DNA of 59,028 nucleotides from Hasllibacter sp. Its GTDB lineage: Bacteria > Pseudomonadota > Alphaproteobacteria > Rhodobacterales > Rhodobacteraceae. This document shows positions 9,685 to 22,685 of the stretch, piece by piece (the stretch's first letter is position 1; the number at the start of each line of letters is the position of its first letter). The notes under the pieces were generated by a model. That model did not search any database. It was given only the letters and a program-made list of their open reading frames with translations, and was not told where the DNA came from. The stretch covers positions 1 to 59,028 of the forward strand of contig JANQKA010000734.1 of assembly GCA_028281405.1 (NCBI GenBank). Reading direction: 5' to 3'. The position numbers were made by a program, and so were the translations under genes.

Positions 9685-11826
9685 ATGGAGACGGTCATTC
9701 TCTTCGCGCCGCTCGTCGGCGCGCTGATCGCCGGCTTCGGCCGAAGGCTGATCGGGGAGGCGGCCTGCCAATGGACGGCCACGGGCCTTCTGTTCCTTTC
9801 GGCGGTTTTGAGTTGGGTCGTGTTCCTGACCCTCGACGCGGAGACCGGGCGGGTCCAGATCCTGCGCTGGATCGAATCGGGAAGCCTCGCGACCGATTGG
9901 GCGATCCGCATGGACAGGCTGACGGCGATCATGCTGATCGTGATCACCACGGTCTCCAGCCTGGTGCATCTGTACAGTTTCGGCTACATGGCGCACGACG
10001 ACAATTTCAGGGAGGGGGACCACTACAAGGCGCGGTTTTTCGCCTATCTGTCGCTCTTCACCTTCGCCATGCTGGCGCTGGTCACGGCGGACAACCTGGT
10101 TCAGATGTTTTTCGGATGGGAGGGCGTGGGCCTGGCCTCCTATCTCCTGATTGGTTTCTATTTCCGCAAGCCCACGGCCAACGCCGCGGCGATCAAGGCG
10201 TTCGTCGTCAACCGGGTGGGAGACTTCGGCTTCGCGCTGGGCATGTTCGCGATCTTCCTTCTCGTCGATTCGATTAACCTGTCCGATGTATTCGCCGCCG
10301 CTCCGGAATTGGCGGAGACGACCGTCGGGTTCGTCGGTTTCGAGGTCAACGCGGCCAACCTCGTCTGCGCGCTTCTGTTCGTCGGAGCGATGGGAAAATC
10401 GGCGCAGCTGCTCCTGCACACTTGGCTTCCGGACGCGATGGAGGGGCCGACGCCGGTCTCGGCGCTGATCCACGCGGCGACTATGGTGACGGCGGGGGTT
10501 TTTCTGGTCTGCCGGATGTCGCCACTCTTCGAATTCGCGCCGAACGTGCTGGTGGCCGTGGCCTACATCGGAGCCTTCACGGCGTTTTTCGCGGCTTCGG
10601 TCGCCCTGGTTCAGAACGACATCAAACGCGTCATCGCATATTCCACCTGTTCGCAGCTCGGCTACATGTTCGCCGCCGCCGGGGTGGGCGCCTATCCGCT
10701 CGCGATGTACCATTTGCTGACCCACGCCTTTTTCAAGGCGTTGCTGTTCCTTTGCGCGGGTTCCGTGATCCACGGGATGCACCACGAGCAGGACATGCGG
10801 AATTACGGCGGCCTCCGCCGCAGGATGCCCTACACGTTCTGGGCGATGATGATCGGCACCCTTGCGATCACGGGCGTCGGCATTCCATTGACCCACATCG
10901 GTTTCGCGGGCTTCCTGTCGAAGGACGCGATCGTCGAGGCTTCCTACATGGCGGGCGCTCCGTGGGGCGTGGGACTTTTCTGGATTCTGACCGCGGCTGC
11001 CGTCATGACCGCGTTTTACAATTGGCGCTCGATGTTCATGACGTTTTTCGGCGAACCGCGCGGCGACAAGGAGACGCATGAACACGCGCACGAGAGTCCT
11101 CCGACCATGCTGATTCCGCTCGGAGCCCTGTCGGTCGGAGCGGTTTTGTCGGGAATGGTATTCTTCGCCCCGTTCTTCGGCGACGACAAGGACATGAAGC
11201 CGTTCTTCGGCATTCCCCACGAAGTTTCCGCGGCCGGTGGCCACGGGGACCACGGAGCGGACGACCACGGGGACCACGGATCGGACGACCACGGGGATCA
11301 CGCGGCGGACGTCCATGACGGCCACGCGGACGACGGACATTCCGACCCCGCGGGTCACGGAGGCCCGGCGCAGAGGCCGGGCGAGGGCGCGGTTTTCTTC
11401 GGCCCCGGCAACGAAATCATGCACGCCGCGCACGATGCTCCGACCTGGGTGGTGGTGGCCCCCTTCGCCGCGATGCTGATCGGCCTCGGGTTCGCGTACC
11501 TCATGTACATCCGCCGTCCCGAGCTTCCCGCCCAACTCGCGCGAAACCAGCGTCACCTGCACCTGTTCCTCCTCAACAAGTGGTATTTCGACGAGATCTA
11601 CGACGCGGTGTTCACGCGTCCCGCGCTGCGCCTTGGCGCCCTTCTGTGGAAGCGGGGAGACGGGGGAACGATCGATGGAGGCATAAACGGATTGGCGATG
11701 GGAGTGGTGCCTTTCCTGACACGGCTCGCGGGCCGGGCGCAGTCGGGTTATCTCTTCCACTACGCCTTCGCCATGGTGATCGGTCTCGGAATACTCGTGA
11801 CCTGGTTCGCGGTCCGGGGAGCGTGA
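9685..11826 (+). CDS. nuoL: NADH-quinone oxidoreductase subunit L (antiporter-like)
   Basis: 713 aa. [53 protein letters not shown]. Confidence 0.95.
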   Translation: METVILFAPLVGALIAGFGRRLIGEAACQWTATGLLFLSAVLSWVVFLTLDAETGRVQILRWIESGSLATDWAIRMDRLTAIMLIVITTVSSLVHLYSFGYMAHDDNFREGDHYKARFFAYLSLFTFAMLALVTADNLVQMFFGWEGVGLASYLLIGFYFRKPTANAAAIKAFVVNRVGDFGFALGMFAIFLLVDSINLSDVFAAAPELAETTVGFVGFEVNAANLVCALLFVGAMGKSAQLLLHTWLPDAMEGPTPVSALIHAATMVTAGVFLVCRMSPLFEFAPNVLVAVAYIGAFTAFFAASVALVQNDIKRVIAYSTCSQLGYMFAAAGVGAYPLAMYHLLTHAFFKALLFLCAGSVIHGMHHEQDMRNYGGLRRRMPYTFWAMMIGTLAITGVGIPLTHIGFAGFLSKDAIVEASYMAGAPWGVGLFWILTAAAVMTAFYNWRSMFMTFFGEPRGDKETHEHAHESPPTMLIPLGALSVGAVLSGMVFFAPFFGDDKDMKPFFGIPHEVSAAGGHGDHGADDHGDHGSDDHGDHAADVHDGHADDGHSDPAGHGGPAQRPGEGAVFFGPGNEIMHAAHDAPTWVVVAPFAAMLIGLGFAYLMYIRRPELPAQLARNQRHLHLFLLNKWYFDEIYDAVFTRPALRLGALLWKRGDGGTIDGGINGLAMGVVPFLTRLAGRAQSGYLFHYAFAMVIGLGILVTWFAVRGA
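11242..11313 (+). repeat. 3 tandem 24-bp units inside nuoL encoding HGDHGADD-type His/Asp repeats
   Basis: cacggggaccacggagcggacgac / cacggggaccacggatcggacgac / cacggggatcacgcggcggacgtc. Part of a longer H/D/G-rich tract, roughly 11239-11362. Confidence 0.9.
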
Positions 11827-11829
11827 GCA

Positions 11830-13377
11830 ATGGACAACACGCTTTCGCTCGTCACATTCCTGCCGCTCATCGGAGCGCTCACGCTCGCTCTTTTCCTCAG
11901 GGGGGACGACGCCTACGCGAGGCGCAACGCCAAGCGGGTCGCCCTGACCACCACCGCGGCCACGTTCGCGGTCTCGCTCTTGATTCTCGTTCGATTCGAC
12001 CCGACGGACACGGGATTCCAATTCGTCGAAGAGGCCGAATGGCTCGGCGGCTTCACCTACAAGATGGGCGTGGACGGTATCTCGATCCTGTTCGTGATGC
12101 TCACGACGTTCCTGATGCCGTTGGTGATCGCCGGCGCCTGGGAAGTGGAACACCGGGTGAAGGACTACATGATCGCCTTCCTCGTGCTGGAGACGCTGAT
12201 GATCGGCGTGTTCTGCGCGCTGGACCTGATCCTGTTCTACCTGTTCTTCGAAGCGGGTCTGATTCCGATGTTCCTGATCATCGGCATCTGGGGCGGAGCG
12301 AACCGGATTTACGCCGCGTTCAAATTTTTTCTCTACACCTTCCTCGGCTCGGTCCTGATGCTCGTCGCCATGATCTTCATGTACGCGGAGGCGGGGACGA
12401 CGGACATTCCGACGCTGATGAACCACCCGTTCGGGACGGAAGACTTCGACATCCTCGGCATCCACGTCTCGGGTGGAGTGCAGACGCTCCTGTGGCTGGC
12501 GTTCTTCGCCTCGTTCGCGGTGAAAATGCCGATGTGGCCCGTGCACACCTGGCTGCCCGACGCCCACGTCCAGGCGCCGACCGCGGGATCGGTGGTGTTG
12601 GCCGCGATCCTTCTGAAGATGGGCGGCTACGGCTTTTTGCGCTTTTCGCTGCCGATGTTCCCGGTCGGGTCCGAGGTGATGGGGCCGTTCGTTCTGTGGC
12701 TTTCGGCGATCGCGGTCGTCTACACCTCGCTTGTCGCGCTGGCGCAGGAGGACATGAAGAAGCTCATCGCCTACTCTTCGGTCGCCCACATGGGCTTCGT
12801 CACCATGGGGATTTTCTCGGTCAACCAGCAGGGCTTGGACGGCGCCATTTTTCAGATGCTTTCCCACGGATTCATTTCGGGCGCGCTCTTCCTTTGCGTC
12901 GGCGTGATCTACGACCGGATGCACACGCGGGAAATCGAAGCCTACGGCGGGTTGGTCAACCGCATGCCCGCCTACGCGGCGGTGTTCATGCTATTCACCA
13001 TGGCCAATGTGGGGCTTCCGGGCACTTCGGGTTTCGTCGGCGAATTCCTCACGCTGATGGGGGTGTTTCAAGTCAACACGCTGATCGCGGTCGTCGCCGC
13101 GACCGGAGTCATTCTTTCGGCGGCCTACGCGCTTTGGCTCTACCGGCGGGTGGTTCTGGGCGACCTGATCAAGGAAAGCCTCAAGTCGATCACGGACATG
13201 ACGCCGCGGGAGCGGGCGGTGTTCGCCCCGCTCGTGGTCATGACGATCCTGCTCGGAGTCTATCCCGCGCTGGTGACGGATATCGTCGGCCCATCGGTTT
13301 CCGCCCTCGTGGAACGGGTGGAGACCGCGCGGGCGGATGTCGATGGCGTCGCCCGGCTGGCCTTGGGAGGGGAGTGA
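11830..13377 (+). CDS. nuoM: NADH-quinone oxidoreductase subunit M
   Basis: 515 aa antiporter-like subunit. [38 protein letters not shown]. Confidence 0.95.
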   Translation: MDNTLSLVTFLPLIGALTLALFLRGDDAYARRNAKRVALTTTAATFAVSLLILVRFDPTDTGFQFVEEAEWLGGFTYKMGVDGISILFVMLTTFLMPLVIAGAWEVEHRVKDYMIAFLVLETLMIGVFCALDLILFYLFFEAGLIPMFLIIGIWGGANRIYAAFKFFLYTFLGSVLMLVAMIFMYAEAGTTDIPTLMNHPFGTEDFDILGIHVSGGVQTLLWLAFFASFAVKMPMWPVHTWLPDAHVQAPTAGSVVLAAILLKMGGYGFLRFSLPMFPVGSEVMGPFVLWLSAIAVVYTSLVALAQEDMKKLIAYSSVAHMGFVTMGIFSVNQQGLDGAIFQMLSHGFISGALFLCVGVIYDRMHTREIEAYGGLVNRMPAYAAVFMLFTMANVGLPGTSGFVGEFLTLMGVFQVNTLIAVVAATGVILSAAYALWLYRRVVLGDLIKESLKSITDMTPRERAVFAPLVVMTILLGVYPALVTDIVGPSVSALVERVETARADVDGVARLALGGE

Positions 13378-13381
13378 GACG

Positions 13382-14812
13382 ATGATCAACGCCGCCGCCG
13401 CATTGCCCGAGATTCTACTCGTCCTGTTCGCGATGGCCGCGCTTCTCTTCGCGGTGTTCGGGGGCAAGGACGAGGCCGCGCCGTCGGTATTGTGGGCCTC
13501 GGCGGCGGCGCTCGCGGCGGCCGCGCTCTTCGTCGGGGCCGGAGGTCGGGGGACGCGCGAGGCGTTTCACGGGGCTTTCGTGGACGACGGCTACGCGCGC
13601 TTCGCCAAAGTGACGATCCTGCTCTCGGCAGCCGCCATCCTCGTGATTGGCCGGCGTCACATGGAGCGCCTCGGGATTTTGAAATTCGAATATCCCATTC
13701 TGATCACGCTCGCCGCCGTGGGCATGATGATGATGGTCTCGGCGGGGGATCTCATGGCGCTCTACATGGGGCTCGAATTGCAGTCCTTGGCGCTATACGT
13801 CGTGGCGTCGATCGACCGGGATTCCACGCGCTCCACCGAAGCGGGCCTGAAGTATTTCGTTCTGGGCGCGCTGTCGTCGGGCCTGCTGCTTTACGGGGCC
13901 AGCCTCGTCTATGGATACGCGGGCACCACGCTGTTCTCCGGGATCCTGCGGGCCGCCGGCGACGGAGCGTCGATCGGCTTGGTGTTCGGCCTCGTGTTCA
14001 TCTCGGTCGGCCTCGCGTTCAAGGTTTCCGCGGCTCCGTTCCACATGTGGACGCCGGACGTGTACGAAGGGGCGCCGACGCCGGTGACGGCGTTCTTCGC
14101 GACCGCGCCGAAGGTCGCCGCGATGGTTCTGTTCGGCCGGGTTCTTTGGGACGCGTTCGGAGGGGTTTCCGGAGACTGGACCCAGATCGTGGCATTCCTT
14201 TCGGTCGTCTCGATGTTCCTCGGCGCCGTCGCGGCGATCGGTCAGCGCGACATCAAGAGGCTGATGGCGTATTCCTCGATTTCCCACATGGGGTTCGCCC
14301 TCATCGGCCTCGCCGCGGGGACCGAGGAGGGCGCGCGGGCCATGCTCATTTACATGGTCGTGTACGTGGTCATGAACATAGGGGTGTTCGCCTTCATCCT
14401 TTCGATGGAGCGCGAGGGGGAACCGGTGACGGACATCGGCGCGCTGAACAATTATTCGAAGGGGGAACCGCTCAAGGGGCTGGCCCTTCTTGTTCTCATG
14501 TTCAGCCTCGCCGGGGTTCCCCCCTTCGTTGGATTCTTCGCCAAGCTGTACGTCCTCTCCGCGGCCGTCGGCGCGGGAATGGCTTGGCTGGCGCTTGCGG
14601 GCGCCGTCGCCTCGGTGATCGCCGCGTACTACTATCTGCGCATCGTCTACTTCATGTATTTCGGAGAGGAAGGCGCTCCCTTGGACCGGACGATGACTCC
14701 GGCGAATTGGATCGCGTTGTTGGCGTGCGCCGGGGCGATGGCGGCGGGCGTGGTCAACCTATTCGGAATCGAGGCGCTGGCGGCGTCGGCGGCGGCGGCG
14801 CTTGTCGACTGA
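13382..14812 (+). CDS. nuoN: NADH-quinone oxidoreductase subunit N
   Basis: ATG 13382 ([14 protein letters not shown]...). [27 protein letters not shown] motif. Last gene of the operon. Confidence 0.93.
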   Translation: MINAAAALPEILLVLFAMAALLFAVFGGKDEAAPSVLWASAAALAAAALFVGAGGRGTREAFHGAFVDDGYARFAKVTILLSAAAILVIGRRHMERLGILKFEYPILITLAAVGMMMMVSAGDLMALYMGLELQSLALYVVASIDRDSTRSTEAGLKYFVLGALSSGLLLYGASLVYGYAGTTLFSGILRAAGDGASIGLVFGLVFISVGLAFKVSAAPFHMWTPDVYEGAPTPVTAFFATAPKVAAMVLFGRVLWDAFGGVSGDWTQIVAFLSVVSMFLGAVAAIGQRDIKRLMAYSSISHMGFALIGLAAGTEEGARAMLIYMVVYVVMNIGVFAFILSMEREGEPVTDIGALNNYSKGEPLKGLALLVLMFSLAGVPPFVGFFAKLYVLSAAVGAGMAWLALAGAVASVIAAYYYLRIVYFMYFGEEGAPLDRTMTPANWIALLACAGAMAAGVVNLFGIEALAASAAAALVD

Positions 14813-15563
14813 GCGGCCCTCAGGATGGCCCGGGGGCACCGGGCGGGTGATCCTCGACGAAGTCGGCAGCGCCCTCGACGCGGCGGCGGCGCTTCCGGTC
14901 ATGCCGGCGTGGGTCATGGCGCGGCGCCAGACGGCCGGCCGCGGCCGCCGGGGCCGGCCTTGGCTGGCTCCGGAGGGCAATTTCGCCGCCGCTCTCGCGT
15001 TTGAACCGGGAGGGGACGCCGCGGACGCGGCGCTCCGCTCCTTCACAGCCGCCTTGGCGCTTGTGGACGCTTTCGCCGCGGTCGGCGCGCCGTTGGACGC
15101 GTTCTCGCTGAAGTGGCCGAACGACGTGTTGCTGAACGGGGGCAAGGTGGCGGGCATTCTTCTCGAGTCCCGGTCCCGCGGACGCGTGGTTGACCGATTG
15201 TGCGTCGGCGTCGGCGCGAACCTCGCGGACGCTCCCGACGCGGGCGCGGATGGGATCGAGAATGGATCCCGGCGACCAGTTTCGCTTCTGGGAGAGACCG
15301 GTATCCGGGTGGAACCCGAGGAATTCCTGACCCGCGTCGCCGCGGCGCACGACCATTGGGAAGGGCGATTCGCGGCCGAGGGCTTCGCGCCGGCGAGGGA
15401 GGCGTGGCTCGCCCTGGCGGCGCGCCCTTCGGGGGAGATCACCGCGCGGACGGGAAAGGAGTCCGTCACCGGGCGGTTCGAAACGGTGGACAACGCGGGA
15501 AATCTCGTGCTGGAGACGGTCGACGGTCGACTCGCCATTCCCGCCGCGGAAGTTTATTTCTGA
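14802..15563 (+). CDS. birA: biotin--[acetyl-CoA-carboxylase] ligase (short form, no HTH)
   Basis: [23 protein letters not shown] (GRGRxGRxW motif) and [19 protein letters not shown]. The start is uncertain: TTG at 14802 overlaps the nuoN end, and a later GTG is possible. Confidence 0.8.
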   Translation: MSTERPSGWPGGTGRVILDEVGSALDAAAALPVMPAWVMARRQTAGRGRRGRPWLAPEGNFAAALAFEPGGDAADAALRSFTAALALVDAFAAVGAPLDAFSLKWPNDVLLNGGKVAGILLESRSRGRVVDRLCVGVGANLADAPDAGADGIENGSRRPVSLLGETGIRVEPEEFLTRVAAAHDHWEGRFAAEGFAPAREAWLALAARPSGEITARTGKESVTGRFETVDNAGNLVLETVDGRLAIPAAEVYF

Positions 15564-15574
15564 AAGGCGGGGGC

Positions 15575-16351
15575 ATGCTTCTCACAATCGATTGCGGCAA
15601 CACCAACACCGTGTTCGCGGTTTGGGAGGGAACGTCGCCCGGGGCGGTGTTCCGGACCGCGACGGAACACCAGCGCACCGCGGACCAATACCACGTCTGG
15701 CTGTCGACATTGATGCGGCACCGCGGACTGCCAATGGATATCGACGAGGTCATCATCTCGTCGACGGTGCCGCGGGTGGTGTTCAATCTTCGCGTGTTGT
15801 CGGACCATTACTTCGGCACGCGTCCCCGGGTCGTCGGAAAACCGGGTTGCGCTTTGCCGGTGCCGCCACGGGTGGACGCGGGGGCCGTTCCCGGTCCCGA
15901 CAGGCTGGCGAACGCCGCCGGCGCCTTCGACCGTCACGGCGGCGACTGCGTGGTCGTGGATTTCGGCACCGCCACGAATTTCGACGTGGTGGACCATGAC
16001 GGCGCCTATGTCGGCGGGATCATCGCGCCCGGGGTGAATCTCAGCCTTGAAGCGCTGCACTCGGGCGCGGCGGCCCTGCCGCATGTCGACATTTCGCGCC
16101 CCGAGAGGGTGATCGGCACCAACACGGTCGCGTGCATCCAGTCCGGAGTGTTCTGGGGCTACGTCGGCCTGATTCAGGGCCTGCTCGCCCGCGTCCGGTC
16201 GGAATTCGGACGCCCGCTCAAGGTTCTGGGGACCGGCGGGCTCGCGCCGCTATTCGCCCAGGGCGAGCCCCTGTTTGACGTGGTCGACGAGGATTTGACG
16301 ATTCATGGCCTCGCGGTCATCCACAGGCACAACAAGGAGTTGGAGGGGTGA
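15575..16351 (+). CDS. coaX: type III pantothenate kinase
   Basis: MLLTIDCGNTNTVFAVWEG..., VVDFGTATNFDVV, IAPGVNLSLEAL. Confidence 0.9.
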   Translation: MLLTIDCGNTNTVFAVWEGTSPGAVFRTATEHQRTADQYHVWLSTLMRHRGLPMDIDEVIISSTVPRVVFNLRVLSDHYFGTRPRVVGKPGCALPVPPRVDAGAVPGPDRLANAAGAFDRHGGDCVVVDFGTATNFDVVDHDGAYVGGIIAPGVNLSLEALHSGAAALPHVDISRPERVIGTNTVACIQSGVFWGYVGLIQGLLARVRSEFGRPLKVLGTGGLAPLFAQGEPLFDVVDEDLTIHGLAVIHRHNKELEG

Positions 16352-16440
16352 GCGGCGGGGCGATCCCGCCACCGCTCGGCGGCGCCGGGGAAATCGACGT
16401 GAACCCGCGCATTCGCGCACAGGGTTCGGAAGGCCGCGTG
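16348..16440 (+). pseudogene. decayed duplicate of the rnj 5' end (ghost start abutting coaX)
   Basis: GTG at 16348 overlaps the coaX stop (GTGA). The frame reads ..PPLGGAGEIDVNPRIRAQGSEGR versus real RNase J ..VPLGGAGEIGMNAYVYGQGPKGR. A 22-nt exact match ctcggcggcgccggggaaatcg occurs at 16375-16396 and 16716-16737, an offset of 341 bp. Confidence 0.6.
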
Positions 16441-16688
16441 GGCCGTTCGGAATTGGAGGAATCCCTCCGTATTCGGGGTCCGCGCGTGAAAATTCCGGAG
16501 CGGGGGGAACTCCCTCATCCGAACGGGCGCGCCAAGGTCGCGCGCGGCGGCGGGCGGGTGACCGTTGCCGCCGGAAAAGGGAAGATGGCCGAATTGTCCG
16601 CGGGCGGGGCCCGCGGGCCGGGCCGCGTCAGGACGGGCGGCGTATTCGCGCCGATCGAAAATCCAACGAATTAACGGGAAGAAACGAC

Positions 16689-18353
16689 ATGAAGGACAGG
16701 GTGATCTACGTGCCCCTCGGCGGCGCCGGGGAAATCGGCATGAACGCGTATGTGTACGGACAGGGGCCGAAGGGCCGCGAGCGCTTGGTGGTCGTGGACC
16801 TCGGCGTGACATTTCCGGACATGGAAGGCTCGCCGGGCGTGGATTTGATCTACGCCGATCTCTCCTGGCTCTACGAGAACAGGGACAGGGTCGAGGCGAT
16901 CTTCATCACGCACGGACACGAGGACCATATCGGCGCGCTGGGCATGACCTGGTCCCGGATCGACGCGCCGATCCACTGCCGGCGGTTCACCAGGGATCTC
17001 GCCCTCCGCAAATTGAAGGACAGGGGCGGGTCGGGGGGCGATGTCCGGATCGTCGAACCGTTCGAGCCCGTTTCGGCGGCGGGGATGGAAATCCGTTTCA
17101 TGCCGGTGCCGCATTCGATTCCGGAAGCGTCGGCGTTGATTCTCGACACGGCGGCGGGTAGGATCGTCCACACGGGGGATTTGAAACTCGACCGGGATCC
17201 GGTGATCGGCGAGGGCTACGATCCCGATGATTGGAAGCGGATCGCCGAACCGGGGATCCAGGCTCTGGTGTGCGACTCCACCAACGTGTTCTCGATGCAC
17301 CGGGGCAGATCGGAAAGTTCTCTGTCTCCGGCCATTTCGAGTCTGGTGGCGGATGCGCCGGGGATGGTGGTGGCGACCACGTTCGCGACCAACCTCGCGC
17401 GCGTCAAGACGCTCGCGGAGGCGGGCTTGTCGGCGGGCCGTTCGATTTGCCTTCTCGGCAAAACGATGCGCGACATGGTTGGGATCGGAACCGGGGCGGG
17501 GGTGCTCGAAGGCTTTCCCGAAACGCTGGCGCCGGAGAATGCCGTGAAACTCCGCCGCGAAAAACTGATGCTGATCGTCACGGGAAGTCAAGGCGAACGG
17601 CGGGCGGCCTCGGCCCAATTGAGCACCGGAAAATTCCTCGGCTTCTCAATGAAGGAGGGAGACACGTTTTTGTTTTCGTCATCGGCGATTCCCGGAAACG
17701 AAGTGGATGTCGCGCGCGTCGTCAACGCCTTTTCCGAACTGGGCGTGGAGGTCGTCGACGAAAGCGGCGGGTTGTATCATGTGTCGGGGCACGCGAACCG
17801 TCCGGATTTGGAGGAGATCCAAGGGCTGTTGGATCCGCGGATGGTCATCCCGATGCATGGCGAGCACCGCCACCTGCGCGAGCACGCCAAGCTGGCTCGG
17901 GATTGCGGGCGGGCGTCCATCGTGGCGACGAACGGGGCGGTCATCGATCTGTCCGGAGAGACTCCCGTGGAGGTGGACCGGGTGACGGCCGGACGCGACT
18001 ACCTCGACGGCTCGAAAAGGATCGGCGCCCGCGACGGTGTCGTCCGGGACCGCCTGCGTCTGGCGAGGAACGGTTTGGTCGTGATTTGTCTGGTTATCGA
18101 CGCCGACGCCGAGGCCGACGAGGTCTGGGTCGAGACCATGGGACTCGCGGATGCCGGGAAGGGCCGAGCGGAACTGGGAGAGTTGATCGAGGAGGCCGTG
18201 TCCGGAAGCATCGAGGGAATGGGCCGCGGCGGGAGGTCCGACGACCGCCGGGTGGAAAAGGAGGCGGAGAAAACCGCCCGGAAGGTCGCTTGGGATGAAA
18301 TCGGCAAGAAGCCGGAAGTCATGGTTTTGCTGAGCAGGATGGATGCGGCCTGA
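16689..18353 (+). CDS. rnj: ribonuclease J (metallo-beta-lactamase/beta-CASP family)
   Basis: 554 aa. MKDRVIYVPLGGAGEIGMNAYVY, FITHGHEDHIGAL (HxHxDH), beta-CASP-like middle region, GHANRPDLEE. Confidence 0.9.
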   Translation: MKDRVIYVPLGGAGEIGMNAYVYGQGPKGRERLVVVDLGVTFPDMEGSPGVDLIYADLSWLYENRDRVEAIFITHGHEDHIGALGMTWSRIDAPIHCRRFTRDLALRKLKDRGGSGGDVRIVEPFEPVSAAGMEIRFMPVPHSIPEASALILDTAAGRIVHTGDLKLDRDPVIGEGYDPDDWKRIAEPGIQALVCDSTNVFSMHRGRSESSLSPAISSLVADAPGMVVATTFATNLARVKTLAEAGLSAGRSICLLGKTMRDMVGIGTGAGVLEGFPETLAPENAVKLRREKLMLIVTGSQGERRAASAQLSTGKFLGFSMKEGDTFLFSSSAIPGNEVDVARVVNAFSELGVEVVDESGGLYHVSGHANRPDLEEIQGLLDPRMVIPMHGEHRHLREHAKLARDCGRASIVATNGAVIDLSGETPVEVDRVTAGRDYLDGSKRIGARDGVVRDRLRLARNGLVVICLVIDADAEADEVWVETMGLADAGKGRAELGELIEEAVSGSIEGMGRGGRSDDRRVEKEAEKTARKVAWDEIGKKPEVMVLLSRMDAA

Positions 18354-18786
18354 AACGATCGCCTCCGGCGGCCTAGGCGCCGGGCGCCGCACGGTCCGGC
18401 GCCATCCCGCCGGAATTCGCCGGTGGGAGCGGGAGGTCGTCCGCGACGCGGTCCGGTCAAGCGGATTCAAGTGGAAGTCCTCCACCGAAGGCCCGGGGCG
18501 CGCGCGCCGCGTTCCACGGTGGCGGCGCGCCGGCGGCGCGGTTGGAAGGAATCCGCGAGACCTTCACGGGGAACCGGAATTCGATGCGCTTGGAGACTCC
18601 CCGCGGACGGGATTCCGGAAGAGCGGGGGAAGACCGCGCGCCGCTCCGAGGCCGCCGGCCGCTCCTCGGGACGCGGGGCCGTCCGTTCGGGATGACCTGG
18701 ACGAACCGGTCGCCCCGCTTCGCCGGGACGCGATTCCGGGAACGGAGCGCGCCGCGGCGGTGGGCCGGGAGGGCCCGGGCGGCGGG

Positions 18787-20247
<1,461 letters not shown>

Positions 20248-20604
20248 GTGCGTCCCTTGGGCGGCGTGGCCGCCACTGTTCCGAGGTTGGACGCGGGTCT
20301 TCATGCGTCCCTTCATCCGCGCGGCGTGAACGCCGCGGGTTGCGGTTAGCGCGGGAGCGCGGGGATGTCAACGCGAATTCCACCGCGGCCGATGTGACCG
20401 GGCGGGGCGTCGCCACTCCCGCGGACCGGTCCGGCGTGAGTTGGGACGCGCGCGACGGTCGCCGTTGGCGCGGGCGTTTGGATTTTCCGCAAGCGGGAAC
20501 CCGCCGAAGCGCGGGGTGGTCCGGAGTGTCGGCGTGGGCGATGATGTCCGCGGGCCGTCGTTGACGATTCGCCCGGCCTCCGGCGGCGCCATTCCCGGAA
20601 TCGC

Positions 20605-21540
20605 TCAGTAACCCGCGCCACGGTTCACGAGGTGCAGGAAGGTTTCGCCCGATTCTCCGCGTCGGATGTTCCGGGCGATCGAGTCCGCCGCCGAACCCGA
20701 TCGGGTTTCCGACGCGATGTGTGGCGTCACCGTCACACGGGGATGCGTCCAATAGGGATCGTCCGGTGGCAAGGGTTCGGTGCGGAAGGTGTCGAGCGTC
20801 GCGTGGCCGACCCGGCCCGAATCGAGCGCCTCGAGCAGGGCGCCGTCGTCGATCAGCGGACCGCGTCCGGGATTCAGAACCGTCGCGCCCGGAGCGAGCG
20901 CCCCGAATGCCTCCGCGTCCATGATGTTTTCGGTTTCGGACGTGAGAGGCAGCAGAAGCGCCACGATTTCGGCGCCGGACAAGGCGTCGAGCAGGGCTCC
21001 GTCGCCGGAAAGGCACCTCACGCCATCGACGGTCTTCGGACCGCGGCTCCATCCCGACACTTGGAAATTCAGCGAGGCCAACGTTCGGGCGCAGGCCGAT
21101 CCCAACCGGCCAAGGCCGAGAATCGTCACCTTCCTCTCCCGCGCCAATTTCGGCGCCGACGGCTTCCACGCGCGGTCGGGGTTCACGATATGCGCGTCCA
21201 TGCCCAGGTGATGGCGCAGCGCGTGCCCCGCGACCCACTCCACCATCCCGGCGGTCAAATCCGGATCCACCATGCGCGCCAACGGAGCCGTCAGGGTTTC
21301 GTTGCCGACCACGTCCTCCACCCCCGCCCACAGGCTCAGGACCGCCTTGACGTTTGTGTAGGGAGTGAAGTCCACGACGGGGCCATTCGGCGCGTGCACG
21401 ATGTAATCCACCTTCGCCGGATCGCAGGGAACTCTGAGCACCTCGGCGGCGACCCCGGAGCTTTCAAGCGCGCGAAGCAGTTCCGGAATCATCTCCCCCG
21501 CGCGGTCGTCCGATCCGGCGTACAGGATTCCGACGTTCAC
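20605..21540 (-). CDS. ghrA: D-isomer-specific 2-hydroxyacid dehydrogenase, GhrA (glyoxylate/hydroxypyruvate reductase A)-like
   Basis: 311 aa. ILGLGRLGSACARTL (NAD-binding site), LNPGRGPLIDDGALLEALDSGRVGHATLDTFRTEPLPPDDPYWTHPRVTVTPHIA, C-terminal VNRGAGY resembling E. coli GhrA as I recall it. GTG start overlaps the rodA stop (GTGA). Confidence 0.7.
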   Translation of the reverse strand: MNVGILYAGSDDRAGEMIPELLRALESSGVAAEVLRVPCDPAKVDYIVHAPNGPVVDFTPYTNVKAVLSLWAGVEDVVGNETLTAPLARMVDPDLTAGMVEWVAGHALRHHLGMDAHIVNPDRAWKPSAPKLARERKVTILGLGRLGSACARTLASLNFQVSGWSRGPKTVDGVRCLSGDGALLDALSGAEIVALLLPLTSETENIMDAEAFGALAPGATVLNPGRGPLIDDGALLEALDSGRVGHATLDTFRTEPLPPDDPYWTHPRVTVTPHIASETRSGSAADSIARNIRRGESGETFLHLVNRGAGY

Positions 21541-22685
21541 ATCCCCATCCTCGGCCTGTGGATATGGGCGGACTGGACGAATCCGAAGGCCACGAGAAGC
21601 GACATCATCGCCGAACCTCCATAGCTGACCAAAGGCAGCGGGACGCCAACCACGGGAGCCAGCCCCATGACCATGGCCATGTTCACGGAAAACAGCAGGA
21701 AGAAGGTGGCGGCGATTCCAAGAATCAGAAGGGAGGAAAAACGGTCCCTGGTGGACAAGGCGGAGACCGCGCAGAAGAATATCACCAAACCGTAAAGGGC
21801 CAGCAAGGAAATGCCGCCGACAAAGCCGAACTCCTCGGCGAGCGTGGTGAAGATGAAGTCGGTGTGTTTCTCCGGCAGGAAATTGAGGCGCGTCTGTGTT
21901 CCCTGCATGAAGCCTTTGCCGGACCATCCACCCGAGCCCAGGGCGATTTTCGATTGGGTGATGTGATAGCCGGAGCCCAGTGGATCGCTCGCCGGGGAGA
22001 GGAACGCGTCGATGCGCTTATACTGGTAATTTTCCAGCAGTTGCCACGAGGTGCCCCGGCTCCTCAAAACCGCGAACACCCCGGCCGCGCCGGATGAGAT
22101 GACCGCCGCGAAATACCCCCAGTGCACGCCCGCCATGAACATCACGGCGCCGCCGCCCAGCATCAACAGAACCGCCGTGCCGAGGTCGGGTTGCCTCAGC
22201 ACGAGCGCGGTCGGGACGAGAATCAAGAGCACGGGAGCCAACACCGTGAAGAATCGCGAGGTCTTTTCGATGTCAAGCCAGTCGTAGTAGGCCGCAAGCA
22301 TCATGACCAGCGTGATCTTCATCAATTCGGAGGGTTGGAGCCGCATGAAGCCGATGTCTATCCAACGCTGCGCCCCCATTCCCACGACGCCGAAGACCTC
22401 CACCACGACGAGAAGCGCCAGCGTGCCGAGATAAGCGATCGCGCTCACGTTCCGCCAAAACCATATCGGCACCATGGCGATGACGAACATGAGCGTCATG
22501 CCCAGGGTGAAGCGCTTCAACTGCGGATCCATCCACCGCGCGGGGTCCCCCGAGGACACCGAGTAGAGCATCAGAAACCCCGTCCCCGCGACCGCGGAAA
22601 TCAAAAGCACCAACACCCAGTTGATGTGGAGCACCTTGGAGAGGCCGGTGGGAACCCGTTGGACGGAATACTCGAGATAACTCAT
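21537..22685 (-). CDS. rodA: rod shape-determining SEDS glycosyltransferase RodA
   Basis: 382 aa polytopic membrane protein. QPSELMKI, DPLGSGYHITQSKIALGSGGWSGKG, PEKHTDFIFT, PLPLVSYGGSA. Confidence 0.93.
   Translation of the reverse strand: MSYLEYSVQRVPTGLSKVLHINWVLVLLISAVAGTGFLMLYSVSSGDPARWMDPQLKRFTLGMTLMFVIAMVPIWFWRNVSAIAYLGTLALLVVVEVFGVVGMGAQRWIDIGFMRLQPSELMKITLVMMLAAYYDWLDIEKTSRFFTVLAPVLLILVPTALVLRQPDLGTAVLLMLGGGAVMFMAGVHWGYFAAVISSGAAGVFAVLRSRGTSWQLLENYQYKRIDAFLSPASDPLGSGYHITQSKIALGSGGWSGKGFMQGTQTRLNFLPEKHTDFIFTTLAEEFGFVGGISLLALYGLVIFFCAVSALSTRDRFSSLLILGIAATFFLLFSVNMAMVMGLAPVVGVPLPLVSYGGSAMMSLLVAFGFVQSAHIHRPRMGM

Noticed and set aside
4071-12924. Very long minus-strand ORFs antisense to the nuo genes (4071-7649, 1,192 aa; 9559-12924, 1,121 aa). 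Similar cases lie antisense to lepA (28084-30585) and to the RTX gene (46347-50339).
   Set aside because: Their translations are dominated by R, P, G, A, D and H with no motifs. They overlap strongly supported genes on the other strand. Stop-poor antisense frames are expected at this G+C level.
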